Source: Myxococcota bacterium (GTDB taxonomy: Bacteria; Myxococcota_A; Polyangia; Nannocystales; Nannocystaceae). From it: a DNA stretch of 64,000 bases. This document shows, in pieces, positions 58,958 to 64,000 of the stretch (its first letter is position 1; every line of letters begins with the position of its first letter). Made by a program: the position numbers and the translations under genes. The notes beneath the pieces were generated by a model. That model was not told the DNA's origin, searched no databases, and worked only from the letters and a program-made list of their open reading frames with translations. The stretch covers positions 1-64,000 of the forward strand of contig JBCCHT010000029.1 of NCBI GenBank assembly GCA_039028615.1, in the 5' to 3' direction.

Positions 58958-59794
58958 TCAGGCGCCGGGGCGCTGGACGACGAGGACGGACCCGATGGCC
59001 GTGCCGTCGGTGGTCGTGGTGTCGGTCGTGATGGGGTCGACCACGCCGACGACCTCGGTCCCCGCCGGGATTTTCTCGAAGCGGGCCCGGCCGCGGTCGT
59101 CGGTCGACGCCACGATCTCATCGGTCGCGTTGTCGATCTTCATGCGCAGCTGCACGCGGCGCCCCTCGATGGGTTCGTACTCGGTGTCGACGACCTGGAC
59201 CACGACGGTATGCCGGGCAAACTCGGGCACGGGAAACCACGCGCCGCTCGGTGGACGCCCCGGGTTGGCTCGGGCGGAGGTGGCGGCCGGCTCGAGGATG
59301 AAGGGATAGGTGACCTGCGCGTCGCCGCCATCGGGAGGAGCGGGGAAGGTCCAGGCGAGCACGGCGTCGACGATGCACGTGCCGACCGAGGCCGAGGGAT
59401 CGGGCAGGTCCGACTCGACGATCTGGGCGATGCCGACCTTGCCCGTGGGCTCGATCTCGAACTCGATCACGACCCGCGCTGCGAGCGTCGGGTCCCGCTT
59501 CAGGCCCTGCTCGTAGCAACCACGCACGTCGTCCACATGGTCTCGGACCACGCGACGCACGGCGTCCTTGTCCAGCGCGGCGGCGGGGCTTCCGAGGCCT
59601 CCCTCGGCCGCATCGGGTGAGCCTTGGAGGCCACCATCGTCATCGGAACCGGTAGCGGTACCCGAGGCCGACTCGGACGCAGCACTCGTCTCCGACGGCA
59701 CGGGCTCGGGCGTCTGCGAGGGGCTCGAGTCGGCCGCCGGACGACAGGCGACCGAGAGCAGAGCGACGACGATGTTGGCCAGCCCGCGCTTCAT
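58958..59794 (-). CDS. AgmX/PglI C-terminal (TonB-C-like) domain lipoprotein
   Basis: LSVAC; VRGCYEQGLKRDPTL...CIVDAVLAWTFPAP...VTYPF. Confidence 0.85.
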   Translation of the reverse strand: MKRGLANIVVALLSVACRPAADSSPSQTPEPVPSETSAASESASGTATGSDDDGGLQGSPDAAEGGLGSPAAALDKDAVRRVVRDHVDDVRGCYEQGLKRDPTLAARVVIEFEIEPTGKVGIAQIVESDLPDPSASVGTCIVDAVLAWTFPAPPDGGDAQVTYPFILEPAATSARANPGRPPSGAWFPVPEFARHTVVVQVVDTEYEPIEGRRVQLRMKIDNATDEIVASTDDRGRARFEKIPAGTEVVGVVDPITTDTTTTDGTAIGSVLVVQRPGA

Positions 59795-59861
59795 TCGACC
59801 ACGGTACGGCCAGCGCGAGCGCTTTGCCCACTCCCGATCCGGGCTGCTGGCGAACGTGCGC

Positions 59862-60428
59862 TCAGTAGGTCAGCAGGCTCTCGACCCGCAGCCCCTCGAG
59901 CTTCGCCCGGCCCCCGAGGGCCTCGAGCTCGATGAGGAACAGGGCGCCGAGCACCGTGCCCCCCAGCCGAGTCACCAGCTCCCGCGCGGCGGCGGCCGTG
60001 CCCCCGGTGGCGAGCAGATCGTCGACCACGAGCACCAGCTGACCGGACGCGATCGCATCGGCGTGGATCTGCAGCGCATCTTCGCCGTACTCGAGGGCGT
60101 AGCGAACCTCGATGGTCTGGGCGGGGAGCTTGCCCGGCTTGCGCACGGGCACGAAGCCCACGCCCAGCTGGGCCGCCAGGGCAGCGCCGAACAGGAAGCC
60201 TCGTGACTCGATGCCCACGATGACGTCGATCTGCCCGTGCAGATCGGCCACGCGATTGCGGTGCAGCGCGAGGGCGTCGACGAGCGTCTGCGGGTCGGAC
60301 AGGACCGGCGTGATGTCGCGGAACAAGATCCCGGGCTTCGGGAAGTCGGGCACGCTGCGCATGGCTGCCCGCACGCGCTCGAGAGCGGCGGCGGCATCGA
60401 AGTTGGCGGGAGAATCGGTCACGGTCAT
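59862..60428 (-). CDS. apt: Adenine phosphoribosyltransferase
   Basis: [44 protein letters not shown]. Confidence 0.97.
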   Translation of the reverse strand: MTVTDSPANFDAAAALERVRAAMRSVPDFPKPGILFRDITPVLSDPQTLVDALALHRNRVADLHGQIDVIVGIESRGFLFGAALAAQLGVGFVPVRKPGKLPAQTIEVRYALEYGEDALQIHADAIASGQLVLVVDDLLATGGTAAAARELVTRLGGTVLGALFLIELEALGGRAKLEGLRVESLLTY

Positions 60429-61273
60429 CGCTCCTGCGCCGAGGACTCGGCGTCGGCATCGTACGTCGAGGGGTCGACGCCGCGCAGCCCGGTCGCTCGT
60501 TTCAACAGGGCTTGGGCCGCGCTCGGGTCGGGATCGGTCAGATCCATGCGCAGCGGGGTCACCGAGGCCATGCCCTGCCCCACCGCCCAGGTATCGTCGC
60601 CTGGCCGGCCGCGCAGGACTCCAGGCGGGCCCCCGATCCAGTAGTAGGGGCGCCCCAGGGGATCGGTCCGACAATCGACCGAGTCGACGTAGGAGCGTCG
60701 GCCCAGGCGGGTGACCATTACGCCCTGCTCTCGGCTCCAGGCGTCGATGTTCTCGGGCGCGGCCCGCTCTTCGCCGTCCCGGTGCGCCACGTTGATGTTG
60801 AGCAGCAGCGGCTCGGGTGGCGGGTCGTCGAGCAACGCCTCGACCAGCCCTCGGACGCAGCGCCTCGACCAGCGCGGATCGACCCCGCGCTCGAGGGAGA
60901 CGGCCACGCCGTGGAACCCGCGCAGCCGGGCCTCGGCCGCGGCGGCCAGGGTGCCCGAGTAGAAGACGTCGGTGCCCAGGTTGAAGCCGTGGTTGATCCC
61001 CGACAGCACGATCGCGGGCGGTCGCTCACATACGTGCAGGAGGCCGAAATACACGCAGTCGACCGGGGTTCCGCTCACCGCCCAGCGCCCGGGCTCGACC
61101 TCCTGGGCCCGCAGCATGCTGTGGAAGGTCATGGAGTGGCTGGCGCCGCTGCGCTCGGTGTCCGGCGCAACCACGACCACGTCGGCGAGTCCGTGGACGG
61201 CCTCGGCAAGCGCCCGCAGCCCCGGCGCCGAGACGCCGTCATCGTTGGTCAGCAGCAACAGTGGCGTCGTCAC
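60425..61273 (-). CDS. surE: 5'/3'-nucleotidase SurE
   Basis: [25 protein letters not shown]; start approximate. Confidence 0.96.
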   Translation of the reverse strand: MTTPLLLLTNDDGVSAPGLRALAEAVHGLADVVVVAPDTERSGASHSMTFHSMLRAQEVEPGRWAVSGTPVDCVYFGLLHVCERPPAIVLSGINHGFNLGTDVFYSGTLAAAAEARLRGFHGVAVSLERGVDPRWSRRCVRGLVEALLDDPPPEPLLLNINVAHRDGEERAAPENIDAWSREQGVMVTRLGRRSYVDSVDCRTDPLGRPYYWIGGPPGVLRGRPGDDTWAVGQGMASVTPLRMDLTDPDPSAAQALLKRATGLRGVDPSTYDADAESSAQER

Positions 61274-61304
61274 GACCGCCCTCCCGTGCACGCGAGAAAA
61301 AGAG

Positions 61305-61338
61305 AAAGGCGGCTTCGGGAGAGTCCCAAAGCCGCCTT
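61305..61338 (-). terminator. Terminator after tRNA-Pro
   Basis: aaggcggctt...aagccgcctt stem with A-rich flank on + (U tract on -). Confidence 0.7.
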
Positions 61339-61344
61339 ACCGTT

Positions 61345-61419
<75 letters not shown>

Positions 61420-61527
61420 AAACGGACGCGCGTTATACCCCGCGCTTTCGACGCCCGCAAGAGGAAGTTGGCGGCAAACGACGGGCGGTTCGACGTTTCT
61501 CCGGGCCCACCCCAAGGGCCCTGACGC

Positions 61528-62052
61528 TCACCGTGGCGGCCGTTGGAGCAGACTTCGGCTGGAGGAGCCGGCTTCGAGCGGACCGTCCTCGGCCTGCGTG
61601 GCTTCGCGCAGGTACCCCGCGGGATCTGCCCCGGCCGGATCCAGCGGCGTCTCGAGCAGGGCCTCGAGCTCATGGAGCACCGCGCGCACCTTGCCCAGCG
61701 ACTGGCGGGCGGCGTAGCTCGCGTCGGGCGCGGCCATCGGACACGCGTCGGCCCCCTTGCGCAGCTGCTTGCGAGCCCCCGCGATGGTGAACTTTTCGAC
61801 GTAGAGCAGGTGCTTGATCCGCAGCAACGTCGCCACGTCGCGGCGCCGGTACACTCGCTGCTGGGTCCGCGACTTGCTGGGCTTGAGCGCGCTGAACTCG
61901 GTCTCCCAGTAGCGCAGCACGTGCGCCGCGACGCCCACGATCTCGGCGACTTCGCCGATCTTGAAGTAAAGCTTGTCGGTGCCCAGCGACAGCTCGTCCT
62001 TGGGCCCTTTGCGACCCGACTTGCTGCTCCGGCCCTGCTCGCGCGCGGCCAT
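61528..62052 (-). CDS. MerR-family transcriptional regulator
   Basis: [27 protein letters not shown]; usual position after ihfA. Confidence 0.93.
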   Translation of the reverse strand: MAAREQGRSSKSGRKGPKDELSLGTDKLYFKIGEVAEIVGVAAHVLRYWETEFSALKPSKSRTQQRVYRRRDVATLLRIKHLLYVEKFTIAGARKQLRKGADACPMAAPDASYAARQSLGKVRAVLHELEALLETPLDPAGADPAGYLREATQAEDGPLEAGSSSRSLLQRPPR

Positions 62053-62085
62053 GCCTGATGCTTAGCGTACGGCCTGGCGCGATGC

Positions 62086-62370
62086 CTAGGGCGTATCGTT
62101 GAGCGCGGTCTTGAGGACCGGGCTCGGCTTGAAGGTCAGCACGCGACGGGCGTCGATCATGATCTCGGTGCCGGTCTGCGGGTTGCGACCGGGGCGAGGC
62201 TTCTTCTCGCGAACGACGAAGTTGCCGAAGCCCGAGATCTTGATCTTCTCGCCGACCTCGAGGGTGTTCTTCATGACATCGAACACCGACTCCACCAGGT
62301 CGGCGGCCTCCTTCTTGGAGAAGCCACCTACCCGCTCACAGACCCGATCGATGATGTCGGCCTTGGTCAT
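62086..62370 (-). CDS. ihfA: Integration host factor alpha subunit
   Basis: MTKADII, IKISGFGNF, GRNPQTG, RRVLTFKPS; follows pheT. Confidence 0.94.
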   Translation of the reverse strand: MTKADIIDRVCERVGGFSKKEAADLVESVFDVMKNTLEVGEKIKISGFGNFVVREKKPRPGRNPQTGTEIMIDARRVLTFKPSPVLKTALNDTP

Positions 62371-62460
62371 GCCCAGGATCCTTCCGCACCTCGGCGCGCG
62401 ACGCAAGTAGCCGAGGGTACTTCGCTTTTTGGCCGCCGAGATCGAGCGGAAAGCCCGATC

Positions 62461-64000
62461 TCAGCGCGGTTGAGCCGCGGCATCGCGTGTACGCAGGCGC
62501 TCGAGCGCCCCCTGCACGATGCGATCGTGCAGGGCCTGGACCTCGGTATCGGTGACCGAACGCTGCTGAGCGCGGTAGGCCAGACGCAGCAGGAGCGCAC
62601 GGCGGCCCTCCTCTACGCCCTTGCCGCGATAGTCCTCGACGACTTGGATCGGCTCGCGGCCGCGGTCACCCGCCGACAGTCGCGCGGGGTCCTCCGCGGA
62701 CGCGTCGTCGGTCTGGGCGGCGGCGTCGCTGAGCGCTGCGACGACATCCGCGGCCGGGATCTCCACCGCGAGATCGAGCGAGAGATCTCGATTGGTGGCG
62801 GGGAACCGAGGCAGGGCCACGAAGTCGGCCGGCGTGGGCGCGGGCAAGGCATCGACGGCCAGCTCACCGTAGATCACGGCGAGTTCCTCGGGGATCTCCC
62901 AGGCTTCGACGAGATCGGGATGCACGGCGCCGAAGCTGCCGACCTGTACCCCGCCGACCTGAACCGTGGCCCGGATCCCGGGGTGCAGGTGCGCCAGGCC
63001 CTTCTCGTCGGGTGCCGCGGGCGCGAGGGAGCCCGACAGACCGAGATACTGCAGCGCATCGAGCAGGATGCCCGCGGCAGCACGACCCTCGACGGGCTCG
63101 CGATCGTCTCCGGCTCGCGACGCGACCAGCAAGATCGCCGCGCGCACGGCCTCGTGGGGGAGTTGTTGGTCGATGGCCGAGGTGGGCCCCTCCCCTCCCA
63201 CGGGGTCGCCCCAGCGGTAGATCCGGCCGACCTCGAACAGCCGCACCGACCGACCGTGCCGCGCCACGTTGAGCGCGCCCGCATCGAGCATGCCGGGCAG
63301 CAAGTGGGTACGGAGCACGTCGCCCCCGCCCCGCATCGGGTTGGTGAGTGCGACCGGCTCCGGGATCCCGTCGGCCCCGTGCACGCGCGCCAGCTTCTCG
63401 GGGTTGGCGAACGCCAGCCCCACCATCTCGTGCAGGCCCTGGGCGGCGAACGCATCGACCAGATCGTCCTGCTGCAGCCGGCTCAGGTTGCCCGCGGGCT
63501 CGTGCAGGCCGGTCGCCGCCGACTCCCAGTGCGCGGTGGGCATGGTCGGCTCCGCGGGGAGCTCGTCGAGCCCGTGGATGCGCATGACCTCTTCGATGAG
63601 GTCTTCTTCGCGGGTGAGATCGGGACGATGGCTCGGCGGGCGGCAGACCCACGCGGCGGCATCGCTGGCGTCGACCTCGACGCCCAGCCCGACCAGGATC
63701 GACTCGCACTCGGAGTCTTCGACCTGCATGCCGAGGACCATGCGCACGCGATCGGGTCGCAGCACGATCCGCGGCACGGGGGGCAGCGTGCCCTCGACCA
63801 CCTGGCGGCCGATGCAGCGCGCCCCGGTGAGCTTCTCGATGAGCCCCAGCGCCCGCGAAGCGGCCCGGGCCAGCCCCGGCCCATAGTCCACGCCACGCTC
63901 GAAGCGATAGCTGCTGTCGGTCTGATAGCCGTGGTGTCGGGCGGTGCGGCGGACCTCGGTGGGCGAAAACCACGCCGCCTCGAGCAGCAACGCCACGCTG
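62461..64000 (-). CDS. pheT: Phenylalanine-tRNA ligase beta subunit, 5' end outside the window
   Basis: LLEAAWF, SSYRFERGVD, RPDLTREEDLIEEV, LFEVGR, RFPATNRDLS. Confidence 0.96.
   Translation of the reverse strand, partial: SVALLLEAAWFSPTEVRRTARHHGYQTDSSYRFERGVDYGPGLARAASRALGLIEKLTGARCIGRQVVEGTLPPVPRIVLRPDRVRMVLGMQVEDSECESILVGLGVEVDASDAAAWVCRPPSHRPDLTREEDLIEEVMRIHGLDELPAEPTMPTAHWESAATGLHEPAGNLSRLQQDDLVDAFAAQGLHEMVGLAFANPEKLARVHGADGIPEPVALTNPMRGGGDVLRTHLLPGMLDAGALNVARHGRSVRLFEVGRIYRWGDPVGGEGPTSAIDQQLPHEAVRAAILLVASRAGDDREPVEGRAAAGILLDALQYLGLSGSLAPAAPDEKGLAHLHPGIRATVQVGGVQVGSFGAVHPDLVEAWEIPEELAVIYGELAVDALPAPTPADFVALPRFPATNRDLSLDLAVEIPAADVVAALSDAAAQTDDASAEDPARLSAGDRGREPIQVVEDYRGKGVEEGRRALLLRLAYRAQQRSVTDTEVQALHDRIVQGALERLRTRDAAAQPR

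Overview
A GC-rich chromosomal window whose gene families (Thr/Gly/Asp-linker lipoproteins, Cys-rich repeats, AgmX/TonB-C protein, CHAT-vWA protein) suggest a myxobacterium, probably Nannocystaceae-like; this is inference. Housekeeping genes bracket it: lepA-lepB on the left and pheT-ihfA-merR-tRNA-Pro-surE-apt on the right, with about 45 accessory genes between. All calls come from motif reading by eye, with no database searches. The main observations are: (1) a redox-stress cluster at about 32-43 kb, containing an msrA with an in-frame UGA at the catalytic position and a downstream SECIS-like hairpin (probable selenoprotein, split by the ORF track), msrB, a lipoprotein with three tandem cytochrome P460-type domains, a cupin-AraC regulator, and a 27-bp motif present upstream of both msrA and the P460 gene; (2) an NLR-like metallophosphoesterase/NB-ARC/TPR protein followed directly by a membrane-anchored CHAT protease with an external vWA domain; (3) a signal peptidase I carrying an insertion of about 458 aa, made of three repeated domains, inside its C-terminal conserved box; (4) a coupled reductase-sulfotransferase-BASS transporter operon; (5) an orphan type IV pilin with a sigma54-type promoter. 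No CRISPR array, integrase or transposase was seen.
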